NCBI GenBank assembly: GCA_025603075.1
Contig: MU626400.1
Coordinates: 1 to 51,100, forward strand
DNA length: 51,100 nucleotides
Origin: Neoconidiobolus thromboides FSU 785
Lineage: Eukaryota > Fungi > Entomophthoromycota
Direction: 5' to 3'
In this document: piece after piece, positions 36,801-48,500 of the stretch
Numbering within the stretch: position 1 is the first letter of the stretch
Layout: each line of letters begins with the position of its first letter
Position numbers and translations under genes: made by a program
Notes under the pieces: model-generated
Seen by the model: only the letters and a program-made list of their open reading frames with translations
The model's database searches: none
What the model was told of the DNA's origin: nothing

Positions 36801-38926
36801 AATTATGCTTAATTTATTTAGTGGAAATGATAAGTTTAAGTTCGAAAGTTTAAATTGACTTCCTGCCTCATCTGAGCCCCATTGGATGGTAGCATCTTTA
36901 AACCCAATTACCGGGTCATATGGACTTTCTGAGCTTTTTAATAGTTGATCTTTTTCAGTTTCAGGCTCCTTTAGAAACTGATCAATCCTTTCAAAAGATA
37001 TTTTTGCCTGTAAAATCATACTGATCACTTGTGGAAGTTGATCGATAGGATCTCTTAAGGACTTAAAGATTAAAATTGACGTAAAAGCAATTGTGGGCGT
37101 TAATGTATTTCCAGCCAATTTTGTATAGGCATAAAAAGTACCAATGGTGATCAACGTGGGACAAAAAAGCCATAGAGTATGGATTAACGCTATAAGTTTC
37201 ATTCTTCCAATAAGGGCATTTAACTCAGCTGTTCTTGCAGAGTTTATACGACTTTGAAATTGTGCTTCCCAAGCAAAAAACTTTATTATTCGGATCCCTT
37301 GAAGCAACTCATTAACTATATCCATCCTTTTGTCACTACATGTCATTAGCTGAGATTGCATCTCTTCCCATCTTAGTCCCAGTACATAGTTGATTGGTAT
37401 TGCTATGAAAGTAAGGGACAGTCCAATCATTGCAGGCCATCCTAGAATTTGATAAAGATACCAAGAGGAAAGTAAGATTTGAATAGGAATCGAGTACAAA
37501 AAATGCAAAAAACTACATGTCTCAGAAGCTTCCTTGGCATCGACAGACATAAGATTAATAACTTTGCCAGAGTTCGAAAAGTCGGGATCGTCTCTCTGGC
37601 TTGAAACATCTTTTCTTTTTAAAGTTTTTGAATACACTTTACCAATAATTATGGACTTCACTCGGATCCCTATCCTACGACCATAAAATAGTGATTGGGA
37701 ATCCATAATAGTTTTAAAAGTAGCTACAAAGAATAAACAAGCGACGATATAAAATCCATATTCTTTGTAACCTAAATCGAATGGGACTTTTTTACTCGAA
37801 TTTTCCATCAGTCTCAGAAATTCGTGTAGAAGCAGTGGACTTAAGAAATTCAACCCAATAGTCAATATGGTAAATATCATTTGCAAAAACAATTCTTTTT
37901 TAAAGTTATAAAAGATTCTGTAGGCAAAGGACCATTTATCAGTGATCTTTAAAAAGTTCTGCAATAAACTAGAGGCCTTTTCGTTCTCTCTAAGAGACCA
38001 AATGCCATTTGGTTCAATTAAGTTGTTATAGCCATATTTCATAAGTGGATTCATCCACGAAAAAGTAGCTATTGAGAGTAAAGATTCATAAGGTTCAGGC
38101 GATGGATAGCTCCTGCTCTTTATTGCTACTTTATTAAACTCAGCTAGATTAATGTTCATCAGAAATGAATATAAACTCAAAATGAGTTCAATAAAACAAT
38201 ATATCGATTGTAAAGTGAGAGCTACACTTAATGGAATTGGAAGATTGGTTGAATAAAGTATTTTTCTTAGTTTAAAGCAATCAACTATAAATGATAGTAA
38301 GTAAAACCCTCTTAAATAATTTAAATAAACAAAGCTTTGATTTAAGTATGCTAACAGAACAGCATAGCACCAAAAGAAAACTGATGATATGCTTTCGTAA
38401 AATATTGGTGAGCGTTGCGGATTATCCTTAAAAAACATGAATAAAGTATTTGATGATAATATAATAACATGTAATAGAGAAATCCATATTAGTTTTTGAT
38501 TATGCTCTTTTGGGGTAGTGATATAGACACTTGGATACTCTGGTTTTATAATATTACTGGTCTCGACTGGACGACTATCAATATCTAAAGTTCCATAGTT
38601 TAAATTGGTATCGTTTAAAGGTTGGGTTTCATTTGAATTGAGAGATGTATGTAAATGCTCTCTATTAATTCTGCGATATATTTTTTTAAATAGGATCACT
38701 AGCAAAGATCCTAAAACATAAATTGGGACCAGACCTAAGTTAAAAACACTTGAAAATAAAATGAATAAAATAGGAAAGAATATAACTTACATAAAAAAAA
38801 TACGATCAATAAATGAACTGTATTCGCTTAATGGCTGATATAAAATTAGACCTTGATAACTTTTAAAATAAAGAAACTTACCCATATCTCCAAAGCAGAA
38901 ATTAAACCTTTGGAATCGAAAGTCAT
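33834..38926 (-). CDS. ABCC (MRP/Ybt1/Ycf1-like) full-size ABC transporter with N-terminal extension
   Basis: NBD1 has GPTGCGKT / LSGGQKQR / IIMDD. NBD2 has GRTGAGKS / FSQGQRQL / DEATASVD after splicing. Two TMDs (RFSKDI.SID). Probable ATG at 38926, stop at 33834. Confidence 0.93.
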
Positions 38927-39581
38927 TTTTATAAACGAGGGCGGATAAAGTTACTTTACAATGCTATTTATAGCGTGAGTTAGTTGTTTTTGCGCAGTAT
39001 CTTTTAATCATACATTAAATTATTATTTTTTATAAATGAAGTATAAGCTATAAAATGATGCAAATGTAATTGGGAGGAGCATTTATTGATAATAGAATAT
39101 TGTTATAAAATGACTTTTAAGTCGATTTGGTATGACTGGTATTGATAGAGATAACAGGGTTTTTATTAGTAAATATATAATCTGGTTTGATTAAAGTCAG
39201 TAGATTGGAAATGTACATATTAAAGAAAACATATAAAAGAACAGGTGTTTTATTCTTTTGTATTGCAGTAAACAATTTTGTTTCTTATTAACACCTCTAA
39301 TTAAATACTAATAGTTTTTTAAAGTTAGTTTACTTTTTGACAATAATTTCGCAATATGAAAAATCTGATGGTACAGCTGTCTCTGCTTAAAAGCAGAAAG
39401 CCGCGATATAATTATTATAGCTCTTTTGTGAAATGTTAGTGATAATTTTTACAGTTTAATTATTTATCTGGTTGATTTTTTAAAATTTGATCCTTGTATT
39501 TCATCTAAATTATAGCAAAATTTTTATTTCAATATCAACTATTAAGGATTTTGTAAAAGACCTACAATAACTATATTTAAT

Positions 39582-39686
39582 ATTTGGGGATGTTTTTTTT
39601 GATTTCATTATTTTTCCATTTTTTCACCGCTATTTGAGTAGAAAGATTGTAGTGAAATTCTTAAATAAAAAAGTACATCTCCATTT
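39582..39686 (-). mobile_element. MITE-A copy
   Basis: TTGGGGATGTTTTTTTT...CGCTATTTGAGTAG...AAATTCTTAAAT...ACATCTCCATTT. Confidence 0.85.
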
Positions 39687-39799
39687 AACAAGTAGATTTG
39701 TATCTTTTGTAATATGTAATATCGAGGTATCCCAAACTGATTTCATTTTTTTATCTAACTTTAAAGATTTTAAAACTTTGCTTAAGATTTTACAATAAC

Positions 39800-39906
39800 A
39801 AATGAGAATGTACTTTTGTATTTAAGAATTTTACTAACAATTTTTCTATTAAAATAGCGCTTAAAAGATAGAAAAAACAATGAAATCAAAAAAAACACCC
39901 CTAAAT
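39800..39906 (+). mobile_element. MITE-A copy
   Basis: AAATGAGAATGT...TTTAAGAATTTTACTAAC...ATAGCGCTTAAAAGAT...ACACCCCTAAAT. Confidence 0.85.
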
Positions 39907-40173
39907 CTTAAAAAGCAAATTTCCACAGTTTTAAATTATTTTGTTGCAGTAAATATGTTAACAGAATTTCTATTAAATTTAATAGAAATTGTCGGATTAG
40001 CAAGGCTTTTACTAATATAATCTACATATCAGTATTAATCAAAACTGTAGTATATAGATGAATACATACTCCTGTAAAGCTTTATTAGAAAATATTTATT
40101 ACTGACTATTTTGTAACTAATATTGCAGATTTACTGTTAAATGAATTGTTTTAATATTATAATTGTATTATTA

Positions 40174-40280
40174 ATATGGGGGTGTTTTTTTTGGCTTCAT
40201 TGTTTTTTCCATCTTTTAAGCATCATTTGAGTGGAAAAATTGCTAGTGAAATTCTCAAACACAAAAATACATTCTCATTT
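40174..40280 (-). mobile_element. MITE-A copy
   Basis: ATATGGGGGTGT...TTTGAGTGGAAAAATTG...ACATTCTCATTT. Confidence 0.85.
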
Positions 40281-40626
40281 ATTAATTTAGTTATTAGTAA
40301 CCTAAGCAATAATAATATTCAATAATTGATTTTTATTATTTAATAACTATCTAATAAATATTAAGGCTTTTAAATTTTCAGTTATTTTCGTGAAATAAGC
40401 TAGGGTTAATTTTTAATTTTTGCAAACTTTATAACTTTAATTAAAATTATATATTAGGTTTTTTTATCTATCAGATACTAGATAATACTTGGGAAACCTG
40501 GTACTCAGTAGTTGGAGTCAAAAGCAGTTCCTGCTTGATCGACGAGCTGTAAGTCGAAAGGTCTTGATTTATGTAACTAAGATAAACTTGAGTTATGAAG
40601 AATAGCACATAATAGGATACAAATTA

Positions 40627-40963
40627 TGTAAGACAAATATAATAGACAATGCTAATGTAAAATCTACGTAAAACGCTATTAAGAAAATTTAATGACTTTA
40701 TTAAGTGTATGAGATATGAGATATCAGGGGAATAATTCAGTTAAAAATCCTCGAGTTACTGTATTTTGAAATCTCTTTTATACTCTAACAAGTATGGATA
40801 TTAATATGACAAGATAGTGCCCTTCGGAATCACATGACACAAATTCTCATAGCAGATCAAAATAGAAGGCTCGAGATTGATTATGCCTGAATTCGAAAAC
40901 ATGATGACTTAAGGGATTGTTATATTATAATCAATCATAAAGCTGACAAAGCGATATTTTACA
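40627..40963 (-). mobile_element. Possible solo-LTR-like relic
   Basis: Bounded by TGTAA...TTACA; TATAAAAG then AATAAA ~75 nt later on the minus strand; visibly richer in GC than the flanks. No target-site duplication found. Confidence 0.2.
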
Positions 40964-41018
40964 CAATGTGATTTATTATCACATAAACGCTTTTTAATAT
41001 TTATATTTTTTAAAAATT

Positions 41019-41126
41019 ATATGGAGATCTATTTTTTATTTGAAAATTTTACTAACAATCTTTCTATTTAAATAGCATTTAAAAGATGGAAAAAGTATAA
41101 GGTCCAAAAAATACACATCTTTATAT
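41019..41126 (+). mobile_element. MITE-A copy (degenerate)
   Basis: ATATGGAGAT...AATTTTACTAACAATC...AAATAGCATTTAAAAGATGGAAAAAG...CATCTTTATAT. Confidence 0.75.
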
Positions 41127-41328
41127 TAATAAATAAGCTAAATTGATGAAACAAATATTTAAATCATGTATAGTAAATAATATAATCAATAAATTTTATA
41201 TACTAAAGCTTTACATTTAAAACATTGCTAAGTCAATTTTCAAATATATACATTTTAGTTAAAAATGGTATACAATGCTTTATTTTAACTAATGCATAAA
41301 AGTAAATGTTTTACTTAATCTGTAGACT

Positions 41329-41433
41329 ATATGGGGGTATTTTTTTTAACTTTGTTACTTTTTCATCTTTCAAGTGCTATTTGAGTGGGAAAACTATTAG
41401 CAAAATTCTTAAACACAAAATACATCCCCATAT
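41329..41433 (-). mobile_element. MITE-A copy
   Basis: (T)ATATGGGGGT...AAGTGCTATTTGAGTGG...ACATCCCCATAT(A). Confidence 0.9.
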
Positions 41434-41515
41434 ATTTAGCTAATTAAAAAAATAGCATTGATGCAAAATCAAATTTAAATTTTCTTTGTTGACATTAATA
41501 ATAAGTGACTAAATG

Positions 41516-41587
41516 TTCTTCATGGTCCAGTGGTTAGGATTTTCCGCTTTCACCGGAACGGCCGGGGTTCGATTCCCCGTGAGGAAG
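41516..41587 (+). tRNA. tRNA-Glu (anticodon TTC), intronless
   Basis: Acceptor stem TTCTTCA/TGAGGAA, D arm TGGTCCAGTGGTTAGGA, anticodon arm TTCCG-CTTTCAC-CGGAA, T arm CGGGG-TTCGATT-CCCCG; T8 Pol III terminator at 41601. Confidence 0.97.
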
Positions 41588-42129
41588 TATTTGTAATGAA
41601 TTTTTTTTGTTTTTTTCCATACATTTAGTCATTTTAGGTATGTATATTTAATTTGCATGATTAATTTAATCTTAAGTTCTTTTTAATTTGTATTTATCTA
41701 TAATTGAATACAAATATTATGTAGTATTATATGGTACCAGGTTATATTTGATACTAGTTAGATCGATCGGTATTTAAGTGATATGACAATTCATTAATGA
41801 AGCTAATAACTTACATAAGATGAATAAGTATTTTAGCTTTGTTAAATAGTCAAAAATAGAAAAATAAAATATACAGTTTTATAGACCATTTTTAGTTTGT
41901 TTTATTTAAAAATGTAAAGTAATATATAAAGGGAGCTCTATATGGGTGAATTGCTTCCTAATCCCCATTGAACTTTTAGAAACAAGGGTTAATTTTTTTA
42001 ATTTGATATTAATTTAAGGTGATTAAGATTTTAGTTTACTGTTACTTAAAAGCTTAATAAACTAGAATTTTAATTAGTTGATATTTAAAAAATGAAGTTC
42101 AAATATTTGTATATATTTATTCTAATTAT

Positions 42130-42234
42130 ATATGAGGATGTTTTTTTGGGTTCTACTTTTTTCCATCCTTTAAGCACTATTTGAGCGGAAATTTTATTAG
42201 TAAAATTCTTAAACATAAAAATACATCCTCATAT
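42130..42234 (-). mobile_element. MITE-A copy
   Basis: (T)ATATGAGGATGT...ACATCCTCATAT(A): perfect variant TIRs with TA flanks. Confidence 0.9.
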
Positions 42235-42564
42235 ATTATTACGTTTTGTTAAGAAAATTTATTTTCATAAAAATTTGATTAAGCATGTAATTGATATTCT
42301 ACGATTACTGTATTCATCAATTATTACTTATAATATTATAAAATATCAACCCTATAGTAAGAGCTAATTCAATAATAACACAATAATAACCATCACAACA
42401 GTATTCTTAATTACCATTTAAAAATCAACTATATAACCCATTTTATTTTATACATCAATGAGTCAACGCAGCTATTAAAAATGACTAAAAGTAGCCACTT
42501 AAAATTTTCAAAAAAATCAAATGGCTTTCAAAATCAGAGTACAATTTAACAACTTTATTTTTTA

Positions 42565-45500
42565 ATGAATTTATCGTTCACCACAATAACGCGAAAAAAT
42601 GGGAGTATACCAACCACAATTCAAGGCTTTGAAGATTTATTTAATTTATTAGAATCCACATGTTATGATATGGAATTAGATAAGAAATCCAAATCCTTTT
42701 TATGTCAAGATATCATTAAAGAGTTTACCGCATTATTAATACAAAATGATAGTTATAAACAAGAGTTGGCGAAAACAGATGGGTATGCAAGATTATGTGT
42801 AGCCATTTTGGATATTGAAGGTACGCTATCTGAAGATATATTTGAAAGTTTATTTGGTATGTTAACAGATTGTTTAAGTTATGACCAAGAACATAAAGTA
42901 ATTACTAATAAATATGTTATCGCTGTGTTAATGGATCTGTTTTCTATCATGGATTATCAATTACAATTAGTTTTAATTGAAAGGATGATTAATTTTGCTA
43001 TTTACAGTGATTTTAATAAATGGGTATTATGTAATTCTTCCATTACTTCAAAATTATTAAAGTCACCAATACCAACTCAAGTTTCTACAGAATATGTCAA
43101 GAAAACAATGAATTTGTTGGAAATATTAGGTTCTTATTCAGTCACTATTTCGGATGTCCGGATACTTTTAAAATCACTATGTTTTGATGTTTTGAGTGAA
43201 GATTTGGCAAATTCAATTACCTCAAATGAAGAAATCAATGAAAAAAAATTAAGTGAAGTATCAAGCGAATATTTGGCATCTCATCAAGTCGATTTATTAG
43301 AAATGCTATTTAAAATTGCCCAAAAAAGAGAAGATTTAGCTTTTTTTCAATTTAAAGGGTTAGGTTCTGGTATTATTATCAACGGTTTCCATACTTTTCC
43401 AAAATCAGGTTATTCTTTTTTTACTTGGATTAGACTAGAATCGAATAGTATCGTTATTAAAGATGAATCCAACTTAAACGATGGTAACAATAAGCAAACT
43501 TTATTTTGTTTTTTAGATAAAAAAGGTTCAGGGATTATTACTTTTTTTCAAAAAGAAAATTTAATATTCCAATTGATAAGTAATTTTGAAACAATTCAAG
43601 AGATTCAACTAGACTTTAAATTTGCTTATAAAAGATGGTATTTTATTTCGATTAGTCATACTTATCCAGAGTTTACTTGGGGTTTTGGACAACCTGAAAT
43701 TAATTTTTATATAAATGATCAATGTTATTATCAAACTCAATTAAAATATCACATGTTGGATCATTCAACAATGAAATGTATTATAGGAGCAACACTAGAT
43801 TCAAGTTATTTTACAAATAATACAACAGAAGATATAACAGAAAATCATTTAATTAATTCATTTCAAGGACAAATAGCAACAATCTATTTTGCTAATGGAA
43901 AAATAAAACAAAATCAGTTAGATGCTATTTACAAATTAGGTAAACAAAACTCATCGATTTTTATGAGTATAGAAACCAAAGGTATATTAACAGCTTCTAA
44001 TTCTCAATTACCATTATATATTGATTTAAATTTATTTAATCAATTAATATTTGTATTTAATCCCAAAGCCTCTCGAAGTAATTTATGTTTTAATATAGTA
44101 ACTTATAATAATCCGAATTTACCACCAACAATAGAAGGTAGTGAATTAAATGCAATAATTAAAAGAGTAGAAAAATGTAACACATTAAGCTTACAAAATG
44201 CCATTTATGCTTTAGGTGGTGTCGAAATTTTATTTCCAATGCTATTAAAATTAGATGCTTTAGAAGAGCAATCGAATAGTTATGGCCCATTAGATTCTCA
44301 AAATAATTATTTTAGTAAAAAAGGAGCAGGAAATTCATTTTTTACTTTACTTGGGGCAATATTAAATAATCATTTAGAAAACCAACAATTTATGTTAGAT
44401 AATAACAGTGCTTTAATTATATCAATTTTATTACAACAAATTCACCCTAAACACTTAAACGTATCTTTATACCAATCATTAGTATCATTAGTATCTATTA
44501 TACAAATTAATTTACAATTAGAAAGTTTAATATTTTCAAGTATATTATTTAATTTAAGGATTTGGATGTATGCTAGTTTCGAATGTCAAGGATATATATT
44601 AGAATTAATTAAAAATTTAACGGAAAGTCGAAAACAATATTTTAGTGAAAAATTTGGCATTCAATTTTTTTTAGACTTATTACAAAAATGTTATTATTAT
44701 TTACCTAATTCTTTTTCAATGCCAGAACAACATTTGAACTCCAAAATTAATCGACCACAAAAGACAACTCAATTATATCAATTAAGATCAATATTAATTG
44801 ATATTATTATGTCATTTCTAAAAAGAAAATGTACTAATGAAGATATATTCATTATATCACGTCATTTAATTGATACTAACGATTTACATCATTGTTCTGA
44901 ATTTTTAAATGCAATATTTGATTTAATTCAAAGTGAATTTGGGTTATCTTTTTTAAAGCAATTTTTATTAAGTAAAGGATATGAAACACTATGTAAATTA
45001 TTAATGAAAAAAGATAATAAAATAAGATCTTTAGTTTATGATATATTAACTTATTTTTGTTGTCACCCAGTTATACCCGAAAAATGGAAAAATAAAATTC
45101 AATTTGGTGATTTAATTTCATTATTATTTTCATTTGATCAAAAAACAACAGTAGATTTAATGTTTTATCAATCGCTGTTAAAGTTTTCAATTGAATCTCA
45201 TGATAATTTAGAGTTATTAAATATCAATAATAATAATGATAATAATAATAATGATAATAATAATAATAAAGAAAAAAAACAACAACGACAACAAGAAACA
45301 AAACATATTCATTTAAAAGTAATTAATTACAAAGTATTAATTTCTTTTATTAAATTATTGAGTATTCCTAATACAAATGAAAAATTAATTGAAATTATAT
45401 TTAATGATTTTATTACTCTTTGTAAATCTTCAATAGAATTATGTCATCAATTTCAATCCTCCGAAGGTTTTTTGTTATCCATGTTTCATATTATTACTTG

Positions 45501-48500
45501 TTCATTAAATGATGTTCAATCAGAGACGCCAATATCAATTAATAATAATAGTAATTTAGATCAATCTTATACAACTGAATCAAATGTATCTTATTATCCT
45601 AAAGTAACTAAGTCAGTAGAAGTAGCTGTTAATTTTTTATGCGTAATAATAGAAAATACATTAGGAAGTAATAATAATTATACACTGGGTTATTCTACAT
45701 TTAGAGATATAATTTATTTATTATGGAGTTCGCCAGCTATATCAAGTACTAATTTAAGTTATTTAATGAATTATAAGGTAGATGATTATTTTTCATATAA
45801 ATTTAATGAATATAATTATCGAAATCCACCAATGTTATTTATTGTTCAATATTTTTTAACTGAACTTTGTTTAAAATTGACTCGATTTTTAGTATCTGAT
45901 TATTCAAACGAATTTAAAGTTACCGAATTATGGATTGTAAGTTATTTGACTAGTTAATAATTATAATTAATAATTAAAATAATTTTATTATTTATTCAGG
46001 AAAATATATTAAATATAATATCTGTAATCGATACTATTATGTTTCATCATAGAGAATTAGAAGATACTATATTAAGTCGATTATGGCAAAATTTAAAAAG
46101 AGAATCTGGAGCTAGTGATTCAGCTTCTTCTAGAATATCCGATGAAAAAAATAATATTGAAGCTTTAAAAAGATTAACAGGTAAAATTTCAATAATAAGA
46201 ATAACGAATAGCAATAATAAAATAATAATAATAATCTAGATCCCAATTTATCTTTATTAGATTCGATAGAAGCGGATGATTTAATATATCAATTACCTAA
46301 TAACCCATGGGAAGAGAGTTTAGAATTAACAATATCATTTTTAAATTTTTTAGATCAAATGGATCAATTTTTAAGTCAATTTAATAATCAATATAAAAAG
46401 GAACGTCATAGTTTTTATGACAAAATATATACATCTAATAAAAATCCATGTAAATTAATGTTAAAAATATTAATTTCTGGATTTTCAATGGCAAATACTA
46501 AAATTATTGGTATAATCAAATCTCATTTTTTATTATTTTTTGAAAATCATCATCCTTCTTCACTATCTAAAGACAAATTAGATACTTTCACTTGTCCTTA
46601 TGCTTTTATTAGCTATGATTTGATTTTCCCTATGTTTGGTTATTTACATGAAGCTTTTATGTAAGTTATTATTTATAGTTAATTAATTAACTAACTTTAT
46701 AATATCATTTTATAGTAAAATAAAAGAAGAAAACTACTCAGATAATCCAGATGGTATTGCGCAACATAATATAACACCATTATATTTAACCTTATTAAAA
46801 ATTAGTTGGGATATTATTAAAGGGTATGAAATAAGTGAAAAAGGAATTAAAATGGAATTTGAATTATGGGAAAATAATTATTTATTATTCTCCCAATTTT
46901 GTACATCTAAAGTATGGATTGAAGTATATGATGAATATTTTTTTCCAACGACTAAAAATTTTGAAGAAGAGAATTTTAAGATATTAAGCTTTAAAGCCAA
47001 AAAGGTATCTCAAAACATCAATTTAATTATTAAAAAGTTACGTAAACAAGTAAATGAAGAAGAAGTGGAATGTAAAAGATTAAATGAGTTTATTTTTAAT
47101 GCTATCAATTATCAATCTAATTTTGAAAAACAACGAATTGCCGGTATGGAAATTGAAAAAAAAGCAATTGATCATAGAATTACTAAATTATGGTTAATTA
47201 AATTACAAGAAATGACAAGAGAACATGGTATGTTTTTAAATCAATATAATAATCAATTAAATAATAATAATAATAATTTAACTTGTAATGAATTTCAAAC
47301 ATATTGGAAATTAGATTTTACTGAAAATTATCAACGAATGAGAAGAAGATTAATATTTAATCATGAATTTAATAATCATCAAGATGCAAGTGCAAAAAGA
47401 GATAAAACACCAATGAAAGAAATAAAATCATTTCCACAATGGAAAAGGTCAAGTATTGCTAATTATTTAAAGAAAGCTACTTCGAGAGCAGAACGTATAA
47501 AAGAACATATTAATTCGATAGAAAATTCAATAGATAAACAAATGGATATGAATGAATTTGTATTATTAACAGAAGACGTTTCAGAAGATTCGGATTGGAA
47601 TATAATTTATGAAAAAGACTATAAAAAATCAATGAATTTCGACAATAATAATAATAATAATAATGTTAAAGAAAAAATAATTATTGAATTTGATTGTAGT
47701 TTAATATTCTTATTAGCTTCAATTCAAGGTAAATTAAAATTAACGACTAGTCACTTGTATTTTTTAATTGATCGTAATTGGATAATTGAAGAATTGAACA
47801 ATCCACATACAACAGCAACAATTGATTGGGATATTATTAGAGATCGTAAATGGCATTTATTAGAACTTCGAGAAATTCATTATCGAAAACATTTATTACA
47901 ACAATCAGCATTAGAATTCTTTTTTATGGATCAAACTAGTTATTTTTTTAATTTTATTAATATTGAAAATAGAAATCTATTTTATCATCATTTAAAACAA
48001 TTGCCGTTACCTAATTTAATAAGATCTTACGTTACTACCCCAAGTGAAACTATTAAAAAATTAAAAGTTACAGAAAAATGGCAAAAACATGAAATTAGTA
48101 ATTTTGAATATTTAATGCAATTAAATTCAATATCTGGAAGATCCTATAATGATTTGACCCAATATTTTGTGTTTCCTTGGATTTTGACTAATTATACAAC
48201 AGATACAATTGATTTAAAAGATAGTAAAAATTATCGAGATTTAAGTAAACCTATTGGTGCATTAGATGATATGAAATTAAAACAAAGTATACAAATGTAT
48301 AATGAATTTGAAGATCCTAATAATATAATTAAAAAATTTCATTATGGAACACATTATTCAAGTGCAGGTGGAGTAGCTTTTTATTTATTAAGGTTAGAGC
48401 CGTTTACTTCAATTCATATTGCTTTACAATCAGGTAAATTCGATCATCCAGATCGACAATTTCTATCTTTGAATTCATGTTGGAATTCTTGTTTAAAAGG

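Noticed and set aside
40901-40946. ATGATGA...CTGA pair
   Set aside because: Only 46 nt, too short for a C/D snoRNA, and no flanking stem.
45938-46852. BEACH, ABC and UTP14 genes split into several ORFs (possible pseudogenes)
   Set aside because: The breaks examined coincide with GT...AG introns that restore the frame.
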